NCBI RefSeq assembly: GCF_001447785.1
Contig: NW_015175971.1
Coordinates: 391,097 to 455,096, forward strand
Reading direction: 5' to 3'
DNA from: Gekko japonicus
Lineage: Eukaryota
Length of the DNA: 64,000 nucleotides
In this document: positions 11,725 through 24,079 of the stretch, in pieces
Layout of the letters: each line of letters begins with the position of its first letter
Numbering within the stretch: position 1 is the first letter of the stretch
Translations under genes and position numbers: made by a program
The notes under the pieces: model-generated
What the model saw: the letters and a program-made list of their open reading frames with translations, nothing else
Databases searched by the model: none
Told to the model about the DNA's origin: nothing

Positions 11725-14165
11725 AATCTCTATCAAGTCTAGTCCCTTAAACCTATTCTTCACCTCCACTGTACATTCAAAAGGGATGTGATCTAGGTCA
11801 AACCTGAATGGTCTATTGGTTTTCCCAACTTTCTTCAGTTTAGGCCTGAATTTCGCAATGAGTAGCTCATGATCAGAGCCACAGTCAGCTCCAGAGGTCT
11901 TGTTTTTACTGACTGTATAGAGTTTCTCCATTTTTGACTGCAAATGACATAATCAGTCTGATTTCAGTGTTGCCCATCTCGTGATGTCAATGTGTAGATT
12001 CGCCTCTTAGACTTGACAGAGTGCCTGAAGAACTATGGACGGAGGTTTGTGACATTGTACAGGAAGCAGCAATCAGCACCATCCCAAAGAAAAAGAAATG
12101 CAAGAAGGCAAAGTGGCTGTCTGATGAGGCTTTACAAATAGCTGAGGAAAGAAGGAAAGCGAAAGGCAAAGGTGAAAAGGAAAGATTTACCCAACTGAAC
12201 ACAGATTTCCAGAGAACAGGAAGGAGAGATAAGGAGGCCTTCCCAAATGAACAATGCAAAGTAATAGAGGAAAACAACAGAATGGGAAGGACTAGAGATC
12301 TTTTCAAGAAAATTGGAGAAATCAAGGGAATGTTCCATGCAAAGTTGGCCATGATAAAGGACAAAAATGGTAGGGACCTAACAGAAGCAGAAGAGATTAG
12401 GAAGAGATGGCAAGAATACACAGAAGAGCTATACAAGAAGGACCTCAATGTCCTTGACAACCACGATGGTGTGATCACTGACCCTGAGCCAGACATCCTG
12501 GAGTGCAAACTCAAATGGGCCTTAGATAGCATTACTAACAATAAAGCTAGTGGAGGTGATGGTATCCCAGCTGAGCTATTCAAAGTCCTAAAAGATGCTG
12601 CTGTCAAGGTGCTGCACTCCATATGCCAGCAAATTTGGAAAATGCAACAGTGGCCACAGGATTGGAAAAGGTCAGTTTACCTTCCAATCCCAAAGAAGGG
12701 CAATGCCAAGGAATGTTCAAACTATCACACAATTGCACTCATTTCACATGCTAGGAAGGTCATGCTCAAGAGCCTACAAGCTAGGTTTCAGCAGTACATC
12801 AACAGAGAACTGCCAGAAGTACAAGTTGGGTTTCAAAGAGGTAGAGGAACTAGAGATCAAATTGCCAACATTCGCTGTATTATGGAGAAAGCAAGGGAGT
12901 ACCAAAAAAACATCTACTTCTGCTTCATTCATTCACTACACTAAAGCCTTTGATTGTGTGGATCACAACAAATTGTGGCAAGTCCTTAAAGAGATGGGTC
13001 AAGAAGCAACAGTTAGAACCAGATATGGAACAACTGATTGGTTTAGCATACAAAAAGGAGTACAACAAGGATGTATACTGCCACCCTGCTTATTTAATTT
13101 ATATGCAGAGTACATCATGCAATATACCAGCCTGGATGAATCACAAGCCGGAATAAAGATTGCTGGGAAAAACATCAACAACCTCAGATATGCAGACAAT
13201 ACCCCTCTAATGGCAGACAGTGAAGAGGACCTAAAGAGCCTCTTGCTAAGGACAAAAGTTGGCTTGAAATTCAACATAAAAAACCTAAGATCATGGCAAC
13301 CGGATCCATCACTCCTTGGAAAATAGAAGGGGGATTCATGGAAGCAGTGACAGACTTCACGTTCCTGGGATCCCAGATCACCACAGATGGTGACCAATGT
13401 TCCCTCTAAGCTGTGGAGTCTTGTGAGCAAAAACTCTACTTTGTGAGCTACCGGCATTAAAGTTGTGAGCCAGTGATTTGGCTCCTGCATAAATTAGTTG
13501 GCTCTGGAGCCCTCCTTCCTGAGCGAAGACAAAAATGTGTGAGCCGGAGGCTAAAAAACCGTGAGCTAGCTCACACTAACTCAGCTTAGAGGGAACACTG
13601 ATGGTGACTGCAATCATGAAATTAAAAGACACCTCCTCCTTGGGAGGAAAGCTATGGCAAACCTAGACAGCATAAGAAAAAGTAGAGACATCACCCTGCC
13701 AACAAAAGTCCGTATGGTCAAAGCAATGGTATTCCCAGTAGTAATCTATGGCTGCGAGAGTTGGACCATAAGGAAGGCCAAGTGCTGACGAATAGATACT
13801 TTCGAATTATGGCGCTGGAGAAGACTCTTAAGAGTCCCTTGAACTGCAAGGAGATCAAATCAGTCGATCCTAAAAGAAATCAACCCTGACTGTTCCCTGG
13901 AAGGCCAGATACTGAAGCTGAAGCTCAAATACTTTGGCCACCAAATGAGAAGGAAACACTCACTGGAGAAGACCCTGATGCTGGGAAAGATTGAAGGTAA
14001 AAGAAGAAGGGGATGGCACAGGATGAGATGGTTAGACAGTGTTATCGATGCAATGAACATGAAGTTAAGCAAACTCAGGAGCACAACGGAAGACATGAGG
14101 GCCTGGCATGATGTGGTCCATGGGGTTGCAAAGAGTCGGATTCGACTATGCGACTGAACAACAAC
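11725..14165 (+). mobile_element. BovB (RTE-clade) LINE, degraded, with the 5' ~290 bp inverted
   Basis: VPEELWTEV...KKKKCKKAKWLS, NNLRYAD and GKIEGKRRRG..RMRWLD, ending gactgaacaacaac. 11725-12010 carries the upstream GADCGSDHELLIAKF...NRFKGLDLI segment on the minus strand. Confidence 0.92.
13395..13600. mobile_element. hAT-type MITE inserted in BovB
   Basis: TIRs CA(A/G)TGTTCCCTCTAAGCTG; 8-bp TSD atggtgac (13387-13394, 13601-13608). Confidence 0.9.
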
Positions 14166-14442
14166 GTCTTAAAGGTGCCACTGGACCTCTAATGCTTCAA
14201 ACCAACTCAGCTACCTACATGAATCTCATTCTAATGATGTTTAACATAAAGGAACTGACTACCATTAACCAAGATACTGTAATGTTGGTAACCAAAGCTC
14301 TCAAGGGCAAGCTACAGCCTCATGGATTTCAGGTGAGGCATGTGGTACTGGAACAACTCCAAAAGCTGCAACTGAAACTCAGAGAGACTTGGATTGTATG
14401 GCATGCTAGGAATCAGATTTGCAGATAATCCTTTTCTGTTGC

Positions 14443-14715
14443 GAAGAAGAAGAAGAAGACGAAGAAGAAGAGGAGGAGGAGGAGGAGATTGGATTTATAC
14501 CCCACTCTTCACTACCCAAAGAAGTCTCAGAGCGGCTTACAAACTCTTCCCTTCCCCTCCCCACAACAGACACCCTGTGAGGTAGGTGGGTCTGAGAGAG
14601 CTCTAACAGAAACTGCTCTTTTTCAAGAATGCCTCTGACAGAACTATGGCTTGCCCAAGGTCATCCAGCAGGTGCAAGTGGAGGAGTGGGGAATCAAACC
14701 TCCCACTACACCAAA
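14443..14715 (-). mobile_element. SINE with MIR/L2-like tail and a (GAA/GGA)n microsatellite end
   Basis: Core acaac...ccctgtgaggtagg...cccaaggtca; related copies at ~19065-19280, ~43130-43330 and ~55905-56115. Confidence 0.65.
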
Positions 14716-17700
14716 CTGACTGGCACAGTGACCTGGAACACAACATTGTGTGCTTCTAAAAAAAGGCTGGTACCAGCAGATAATGAAAATGGGTAAATGT
14801 GTTTAAATACCTTAGGAGGAAACTAATGCATGCAAAGAGTGGCTCTGGTACCTTTCTGTAATAGGAAACATTTAATAATTTGTGGGAAAGATAGCCTTTG
14901 GGGCTGATGCTTTCTCTTTATTTGTGATTTGTCTCATGCTTCAAAGAAACTACATCTTTTCCCCTACAGAATCCTCAGAGATGTAATCTGAGGCACTGAA
15001 AAATGACGACACATAAATGCTGAATCAACCAATGAACTGGTAAAAAAATAGTAAATTTGGGTTTTGAAAACAAAATACAAACAAAGCTTTCATTGGATAC
15101 AGTCCAAAGCACACTTCTAAGTTTTCACGCACAGGATTGGGCTGCTAATAGTATTATAGTTCTGTATACTTTGACACCTTCTCTCTTTGACATAACTAGT
15201 GGCAGCACAGGAGGAAAGCACCCAGTTAGTAAGGGTACAATATAATAGTTTCAATGTCAGTGCAACATGATTCAAAAATCACGAACCCCAAAGCAGCTAC
15301 TGATGTAACTCCATTTTCCTTCATTATATCGACTCTGTATCATGCCCAATATACTATGTTCATTCAGATTTCAGCAGACCCAGTGCATTGCTCATTTGAT
15401 TTCTCCTCACAGTGATTGTACTGATCTACACCGTGCTTACTGGGCATCTCTGTATGGACTGTTTTTGACTTACACAGAGTAATCCATTTTCAGTCTCACT
15501 GAAAAAGATGAACTATAAATACAGTAAATTTTTGGTCAGGTTTCTAGACAGCTTTAACTTACTTTTAAACTGCTCTGAGCAGCATTGAAATACAAATATG
15601 GTAAAATAAAAAAATAAGAAATTTACAGTGCAATTCTAAGCAGAGTTACACCTTCTAAGACCACTGAGATAATAGGCTTAGAACGATGCAACTCTGTTTA
15701 GGATTTTATAATGTCATTACTATGTAGTAAGGGTTAAATCTCAACTGCAGCTGCCATAAAAGGACTAACATCAGACCAAGGTGGAAAACTATTGATCTCT
15801 TTTCAATTTTGAAATGGGAAGCAGAAGACATTATAAAGATAAAATGACTATCCTGAGGATACACCTTAAGCACAGGAAAGTGCAAACTGTAACTGTAACA
15901 GTCTCTGGCTTCCCATGTGCAAAAAGATTGTGGTGAGGATAGAAGAGTGATTACAAGGCACTTTCTCTAGCATTCATGAAATCTGTTTTCGTGGGAAGTC
16001 CTCCTTGCCTATCAGAGGTCTGCGTATGACAATGGATAAATAGAAAGTGGTTTGCCTAAACTGACACGGTGTAATTACTGGGTAGGGAGAATTTTCAATG
16101 AGATGGCTAGACACATTCTGCCATTGACAGATGTGTGCCAGATGGGAGGGGAAATTTCAATTAAGTGGCAGAAGAGCCGACACTTCTGTGTTACCTATTT
16201 GGGATAGTTCTTTATTAATGCAGTGAGCTGTCCAATAGAAAGTAGGGGGAAACTCTGACTTGTTAGAGGGAAAGGGGCACACTTGGGCAGGCAATCAGAG
16301 CATTCTTCTCACCTGCCATATGTAATGGCATTGATCAATGAGGTATCCAAGGGATGAAGTAAACAGTGCTCACTCTGGCACTGATGTGGATGTAGAGGGG
16401 GATGCTCTTCTCAAGTGTTACATCTGTTGGGCGCATAAGGAGTTAGGAAGGCCTCTTGGCAAAGAAACAGCAGTATACCTGGACTGTTATATGTAAATTA
16501 AGTACACTTTTAAAAACAGAGTGAACAATAAAACAAAAAACCTGAGATGCAAGGTTACCCAATGGACAGAAATGTAGCAAATGAACTGAAAGAGGAATAA
16601 ATCATTTACTGAGGGAAAGAAACAAGAACAGTTTAGATACACAATTTAGGAGAAGGGGTATAGAAATCTCCTGATTTCTCATCAATAAGCAAAGTTACAG
16701 TAAGGTAATGGCATATCCAGGTAGCCTAAATAAAACAGGGTCCATGTTTCTTCATCTCATCGTGCCTCCTGAGATAGTGAGAAAACAATGAAATTCTTTG
16801 AATATTGAAAAACACTAGTTATTACTGTTGTGATTTTAGTATCATGCATTAATATGAAATAGTTTACATTTTATCTTTTAGCTGCCCTGAAAGATTTATT
16901 TCTAAATAAATCATTATCCAGGCAGGGTGAATAGGTTAATGAAATATTGGGTAGTACCCTAATATTTTTAATACATCTTTTGTTGTTCCCCCCACGCACA
17001 TTCCAGTTACAGTACACCAACCGTCACTTTATCACTATGTCCCCACCTTGGCAGGGAGGGCAGGGTATAAACCAAATAAAATAAATAAATAAATATTTCA
17101 AAACCAACAAACTATTCTAAATGAAACTGAGGGAACATATGAACATTAAATATTGAGTTAGTTCCCCTCTCATTTTCTGCTCTCTTGTATACCAGTTACC
17201 ATTGTATGAATATGTATAGTTTACTGTGTTTATATATTTATTATATCTTTTAAAAACACTGAGTGTGCATCCGTTTTTAAAGCAGTAAGCCATTTTTCCA
17301 AAAGTGTACTGCATCTATTAATTTTAGATACGAAAGACCAACTCTCAACATCACCTCTACTGCCACACCTTAGCTCCTTCACTTTAAGCACCCTACCACC
17401 AAAATTATTCACCATCTTGATCATGTCATACCTCTCTTTATATCTTGCTACCAACGTCCTGACCACTCACAAATCGAGCCCAAAGTCTTCACCCTTATCC
17501 TTCAAAGACATCCATAGCCTTGTACCCTGAACAACACACCTTTCTTGAGAAGCTTTTGGCACATTCCTAGTCCTACTGAAACTGAACCTAAGACTAAGAA
17601 TGCGTAAATGTGAAAGTGCATACTTTTCTGGTTTATCCACTTCCTATATCTCCTTCCCCTCTCTTTGTTGCCTCCCTTACACCTAAATTGTGCCACATAA

Positions 17701-18029
17701 GCAATTAAAATCAGATGTAAACAGTTACAAACATAAATATAAAAACATATATATCTAAATGACAGTCCAAAGAAATGCATGTATTCCCCATTTTATACCC
17801 TTTTATTTTACTTACATTACTGTGTTGATTACAATTATATATACACACAGATAAAAGGCAACATATACCAAATGTCTCAATGTGCAGATAACTGTTTATT
17901 GCACCACACGTTAAAACGCCATAAAGTATATAAAGTGCATCAAACTACTGAAGTCTATGCAATTGTTAATCCCACGTACACAGAGAACAAATTATTTATT
18001 TATTTTTTAAAAGAGTCAAAACGTTATTA

Positions 18030-18700
18030 ATGGCTTGGGAAAGGGGGGGGGGGANNNNNNNNNNNNNNNNNNNNNNNNNNNNNNNNNNNNNNNNNNNNNN
18101 NNNNNNNNNNNNNNNNNNNNNNNNNNNNNNNNNNNNNNNNNNNNNNNNNNNNNNNNNNNNNNNNNNNNNNNNNNNNNNNNNNNNNNNNNNNNNNNNNNNN
18201 NNNNNNNNNNNNNNNNNNNNNNNNNNNNNNNNNNNNNNNNNNNNNNNNNNNNNNNNNNNNNNNNNNNNNNNNNNNNNNNNNNNNNNNNNNNNNNNNNNNN
18301 NNNNNNNNNNNNNNNNNNNNNNNNNNNNNNNNNNNNNNNNNNNNNNNNNNNNNNNNNNNNNNNNNNNNNNNNNNNNNNNNNNNNNNNNNNNNNNNNNNNN
18401 NNNNNGGCCGGGGGGGGGGGGGGGCGGCGGCTCAAGAAGCGCTGTGAGGGAGAAAAACCGAAGAGCGCCACAGGCAGTGAAGGTGGCGGCGGCGGCGGCG
18501 GCGGCGGCGGCTGGGGGAGAGAATGACAACACTGCCTCGCCAATCCTCACAGCGGCCTCGCCAGCTCCTGTCCAATCGGGGCCGGGGGTGGGTGGGAATA
18601 CGCAAAGGAGGGCTGAACGCGCAGGAGCCGCAGCCTTCCTCAGACCTTGAAAGAAAAGAAATGGGGAGGGGGGCAGAAGCCCCTCTGCAAGGGTCAGGTT
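18030..18700 (-). promoter_or_regulatory. CpG-island promoter/first exon, probably RALGPS1 by synteny (partly in an N gap)
   Basis: GC-rich with (GGC)9 at 18485-18511, two CCAAT boxes 32 bp apart (18540, 18572) and GC boxes. Human RALGPS1 begins downstream of ZBTB34 on the same strand. No RALGPS1 coding exon was seen, so strand and identity are inferred. Confidence 0.6.
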
Positions 18701-19883
18701 TATATTTAAATTACAGTGCGAAAAAAATTATGCATTCGTCATTTTATACCCGACTGCATTTTATTTATATTAAATTGTATGGATTATAATTATATAGCGT
18801 GTCACGTTTTATTTATATACACACAGAAAAAAGGCAACATACATTCAAAGGGGCAAAGGAAATGGTCGTTTGCAGGTGGCGGCTCCTTGTATGCCTGAGG
18901 GGGACTTCAATAGGAAGGAAGACAGATGGTGTCAGTATTAATTTTATTAATTAATATTATTTATTCTCTTTATTAGAATTAGAACTTTGGGAATGGCTAC
19001 TATTGGATAATGTGTACTCTGGTCTCTTCCTCCCAGGCCCCTTAGGGAAGGCGGTTTAAATATACTGATTTTATACCCCACTTTCCCCTGCACTGGGGAC
19101 CCAAAGCAGGTTACAGTATCATTCTTGTCTCCTCCATTTTTATCTTCACGACAACCCTGTGAGGTAGATTAGGATGACAGCAAGCACCACCGGCCCAAGA
19201 TCACCTAGTAAAGTTTATGGCAGAGTAGTAATTCAAATTCAGGTGGTCCAGATCCTAGAGCCTTAACACCCACACTGTGACAGCCAGTTCTTCGTGACAA
19301 AGGCAGTCAAAGGCTGCTGAGGCTAACTTTATGCCAAGGTCAGCCCCACGTCAGTGTCCCCTCCCCCACATACAGCAGGGGCTCAACCCCCAAACCTAGT
19401 TGTTCCCATACTGTCCATTATTTAGGTTCCAGAAAGAAAAGTGGCAAGCAGCGGGTTTTCAAAGAGATGCCTGCAGGGTGAGGAACTCTGAGTGACTGCA
19501 GCACACATGCCCCTTGTCTTCATCTTTTATCTAACTGAACACCTCATTTGATATCAATGTACGTATTTCCCTTGCATGGCCTAAAACTGCTTATCTACCA
19601 ACATTTAACAGATAAATATAGAGAGATATAACATCCTTATTCTATCCAAGCCTCAGGATACTACATATTTCTGAAGGCGTTGCTGTTGTACCAGTTTACT
19701 CTCCTGTAGCCTGATCTTCACATTTAAAAGCCAAGAGTGTGGTAGTTCTTCTGTTTAACAATACACCAGAAGAACAATTGCCCTCCAGGATACTAGCAGC
19801 CATTTAAAATGTACATCAACAGTGGGTGAAGGTTGTGAAATTGCAGGCTGTGCACAACCTGGCATCTTCATATACATGACTTA

Positions 19884-20232
19884 AAAAGGTAAAGGTTCCC
19901 TTGCTCGAAAGCCAGTCGAGTCTGACTCTAGGGTCGCGGTGCTCATCTCTGTTTCAAAGCCGGAGAGACAGTGCTGTCCGAAGACGTTTCCGTGGTCATA
20001 TGGCCACCATAACTAAACACCAAGGCACACGGAACGCTGTTACCTTCCCACCAAAGTGGTACCTATTTATCTACTTGCAATTTCTTGCTTTCGAGCTGCT
20101 AGGTTGACAGGAGCTGGAACTAGAGACGTGAGCTCACTCCGTCATGCAGCAACTCGGGTCTTGAACTGCTGAACTACTGACCTTCCACAGCCTGCAGTTC
20201 AGCGTCTTAACCACTTGAGCCACCGCAGCTCC
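19884..20232 (-). mobile_element. Sauria SINE, full length
   Basis: Full head and tail; 13-bp TSD tatacatgactta (19871-19883, 20233-20245). Confidence 0.93.
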
Positions 20233-21320
20233 TATACATGACTTACATGCATGCATATTAGGGATGCGATACAACCACTCCCACTCTGACATTTAATTTC
20301 GAGACACTGGGGTGGGAATGGAAGGATGACAAAACTCCCAGTTCACATCAACATCACTTTTAACAAGTCTTCCACAAAAAGGCCAAAAATGGGAACAATG
20401 ATTTACCAGGAAGCAAGGACTGCCCTGGTAAAGGAAGACATTTGGGGCATATGAAACTATAAAAGGGGGGAAAAGGAAATGTGTACACATAAACAATGTT
20501 TCAAAGTGCCCCCCACACACACACCAAGGTCTGATCCCAGGTTAACTATTTTAATAGGTACGCCAGGCGGCACATAATTTAAAATTTGACTGCATGTCCA
20601 AAACATGTCAGGAACATAATAAAATCATGTTTGAGTTCTTAATACTTCACTTAGTGCTGCAGGCAAAGTTAGCCTTAGCAGTAAGCAAAATGAATTGGCG
20701 TATTTGAACATCACTGAATAGCACTTTATGTTCACTTGCAATGGCAAACCACCTCTGAATGTCTCTTGCCTATGGGGTGGGCATAAATCGGCTGCGACTT
20801 GATCGCACTTTCCTCCACCATCATGGGTGAGAAGGGATGTTCTTTGGATTTTCCATCTCAGACAACAAAATGTCTTGCACCTACCCTGAAGTCATGGAAT
20901 CATGCAGGGGCACTGCTGGGAACAGTAAAAGCATGTGTCCTGGCCCTGTATACAAACAGCATAATCAACCAGTGTTTTTTAACTTGTTAGGTGACTGAGA
21001 AAGAAACGGAACCGCTAATTCCACAGTCCTATCAACACACCCAACATAGTGACCTGTGGAACATGGAGCTAAATTTAAGGAGTGAGTTTCCTAATCCCAA
21101 GAGAAGAATGATATTCACGTTCACACAGACACAGCTGAAATTAGAAAGGGAGTTTATTGGTCTCGTTAAAACATTCCTATACTACCTTTCTAAATCGATA
21201 AGGTTTCTGAGGCAGCAATCATTAAACATTTCAGTTTTAAAACATGTGAGATATTAAAACAGCATTTAAAATAAAGCATACATAAATATTCAAACAAATG
21301 TAATAGAACATATAAACATA

Positions 21321-21716
21321 CAGGGCTATCTTTGGGCAGGAACGCACAGGAACGGAGTTCCGGCTGGCTCCCAAGTTGGCCACGCCCAGCAGGAACTCAT
21401 TAGCATAATAGGCCACACCCAAAATCAGAAACTCATTAGGATTGGCTACAATAGGGGTGTGTGGCCTAACATGCAAAGGAGTTCCTGCTACAAAAAAAGC
21501 CCTGGGTTTTGACAACAAACAAGGTAAAGAGAATAAGAAGCAAAAGGTGGGTGTGGCTGGATAACCACACTTCTGGTAACATGGGGGTGTGGCCTAATAT
21601 GCCAATGAGCTGTGCTGTTGGGGGTGTGGCCTAATATGCTAATGAGTTTCTGCTGTTGGGTGTGGCCTATTATGCTAATGAGTTCCTGCTGGGCTTTTTC
21701 TACAAAAAAAGCCCTG
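21321..21716. mobile_element. Composite hAT-type MITE
   Basis: CAGGGCT...AGCCCTG ends, 8-bp TSD taaacata, and an extra internal end at ~21488-21504. Near-identical copy at 35820-36192. Confidence 0.88.
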
Positions 21717-22817
21717 TAAACATACATCACCACAATCAAGGAGGGAGGCCAACAACAGTTAGTGGGGGGACACCAAACAAAACCAAAAAAAGTCTTCAAC
21801 TGGACTGACAATCTGGTAAAGGCCTCATCATTCTGCCATAGTACCTGTGAAAGAATGTTACTGACATATTGGAAAAAATTATTTTGCAACAAAGATCAGC
21901 TGAAGCACATGTGCAAACTTCCTCATTTGCCTTCAGCCTGTAGCATGTAAACTGGAGGGAGCAGGAAGGTGCAAATGTCATATTGGCTGTTGACATGAGA
22001 GGCCATTATTTAGCCTAGTCAATAAAATAGGACCTTTAGCATCTCCTGGGAAAATAGCCAAGATTAGCTGCATGTTGACATGTTGCTCAGCTATGTGTAT
22101 TTAATATAGTTTCAGAGGAGATAGCAGATGGGCAGGCACATACTGGTTGACTTTTTTTTTTTAATGTAGCTGTTGGGTATAAATAGATGGAAAGAAGATC
22201 TTGAAGGCAGCAGGGATTCCCATGCAAGACCTCTACAAAGAAATCCATACAAGAAATCAAGATTCCAGCACTGGAAAAGCCTGTGAGAACCCCTGGAATG
22301 GAAAAATAAATAAATGGGTTTATTGCTCGAATTCCAAACAGAATTAGTTGAGCCAAGAAATGTTAAAAAACTCCAAAAACCAGTTTGTGGGCCTTGTCTT
22401 TAACAAATTATTGGGAAAGGCCCCTGCCTAATGCCATAAAAATAAATATCCAGGGTTGTGTGTGGAAGCCATTGTGTGTTCTCCCTTCTCCTGTGTGCTC
22501 TCCGTGTTAAAAGGTCAGCATTGATCTTTTCTTTTTATCACAAAAACAAACAGGAAGCATTATAGGGAATTTCAAAGAGAAGCGGTTCAAACAACTGACA
22601 ACCAGAACCCAGTGCTGGATCTACACAAATATAGTTTCTCAGCACACCATGCTACTGTGTAAATCACATTTTTGGTTACGTAGGTGTGAGAATCACTATA
22701 TTTACTGTTTCCAATACAACATCAGAAAACTAATTTCCAGTTTATGTAAAGAGTCCCTTTCGATGTATCTTCAAAAACTTTACCTTTAGAAAAAGTCACA
22801 ATATATTAAGAGTTTCT

Positions 22818-24079
22818 TTTTTTTTTTTTATAAATATTTTATTGACTCCCCTAAAAAGGGGAGGAGTTTCGCTTAAAAAGAAAGATAAGGAGGGTATATA
22901 GTGGGAGAAAGAGAAAGCTGAGTGATGTATTAACTGTTAGATTAAACTGTTAGTAATGTCCAATCATCAAAGGCTTCTTCTGCGTGTTGTCAAACATCTT
23001 TTTTCCATTCCAGTTACTTTCTATGTTAATTTGTTAGTAATGTTCCTTTGAATTTCTGTTAAAAAGTCTCTTCAAGGCACATTCAGAACCGCTTCTTTAA
23101 CGCGCTGGTTACTTTTCCACTCTCAGTGACGGGAGGGGCTTCCTCTGTTTTTCTCTTGCCTCCGGCTTCTTCCCCTCCTCCTTCGGGTCGCTGTTAACTC
23201 TTTCAGTTCCTGTGCTGTAAGCCGTCTTCCTTTCATGCCATGCCCGGAGATCTCCAGCTTTGAGAATGGTATTAATTTCAATTTCGCTTTTATCCGCTCC
23301 CAGTCCCTTCGCTGGATTCTCCTCTTCAATTGTTGACTTTTATAAGCGCTCATGAGGCACTTTTCGCTGTCACAATTCAAGCTTTTCTTTTCCTTCACAA
23401 TCCCCGTTGGATTCATAGCCATACACAGTCCAAATATTAAACAGCCGGCACTCACGTTGACACAAACGCCCAGACGGAAGTCCCTCCCTTCTCCCCCGCT
23501 TGTCTTTACCCAGCTCCGACATCTTGTTTTTTTATTTTTAGTAAAGTTTTTAAAATGCGCTCCAGGGAAACAAAACCTCTTGCTTATTTTCAAGTACATC
23601 AAAGGAAAACATCACTATTCGCTCAGTCCATTCCCCCCCTCTTTTCTTTTTTTTCTTTCTCGCTTATAGAGGATTAACCTCCTCATTTTCCGCTGAAGGG
23701 GGGGGGGAAACGTTCTTAGTTCATTTTCTCTGTATTTTGACAACTCACAGTTACGCCAGTCTTTTCTTTTCCATTTTTTTTCCCGCTTCATCACTCGGTG
23801 ACGCCCGGTGGTTCCGCTAAACCCCGTAGAACGGGGTCGCTCACGCAGCAAGGTCCAAAGGGGCAGGGCATGGCGAGAGTCTCAATCTCCGATCTCTCGA
23901 CCGAAAGAGAGACTCCCCCCTGGAACGCCCTAAAGCGCCCCGGATCCGAGCTCCTCTCATCTGAGGGGCTCGTTCGGGTCTCCGCTTGCGCGGATTCCCT
24001 CCTCCACCGCGGGCGGGCAAGGCGCCCTCGGGAGCGACCCGAGGATGCGTCTGCCTTTCGCGGGAGCCAGACCGGAAGC
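22818..24079 (-). mobile_element. Short (1.26 kb) non-autonomous retroelement with an L1-type 5' end
   Basis: 21-bp TSD cacaatatattaagagtttct (22797-22817, 24080-24100), poly(A) tail, and CpG-rich 5' end ggcttccgg...ggcagacgcatc shared with the 26096 element. Confidence 0.8.

Noticed and set aside
21321-21716. Repeat-spacer pattern resembling a CRISPR array
   Set aside because: Eukaryotic context, irregular spacing, inverted arms and an 8-bp TSD identify a hAT MITE.
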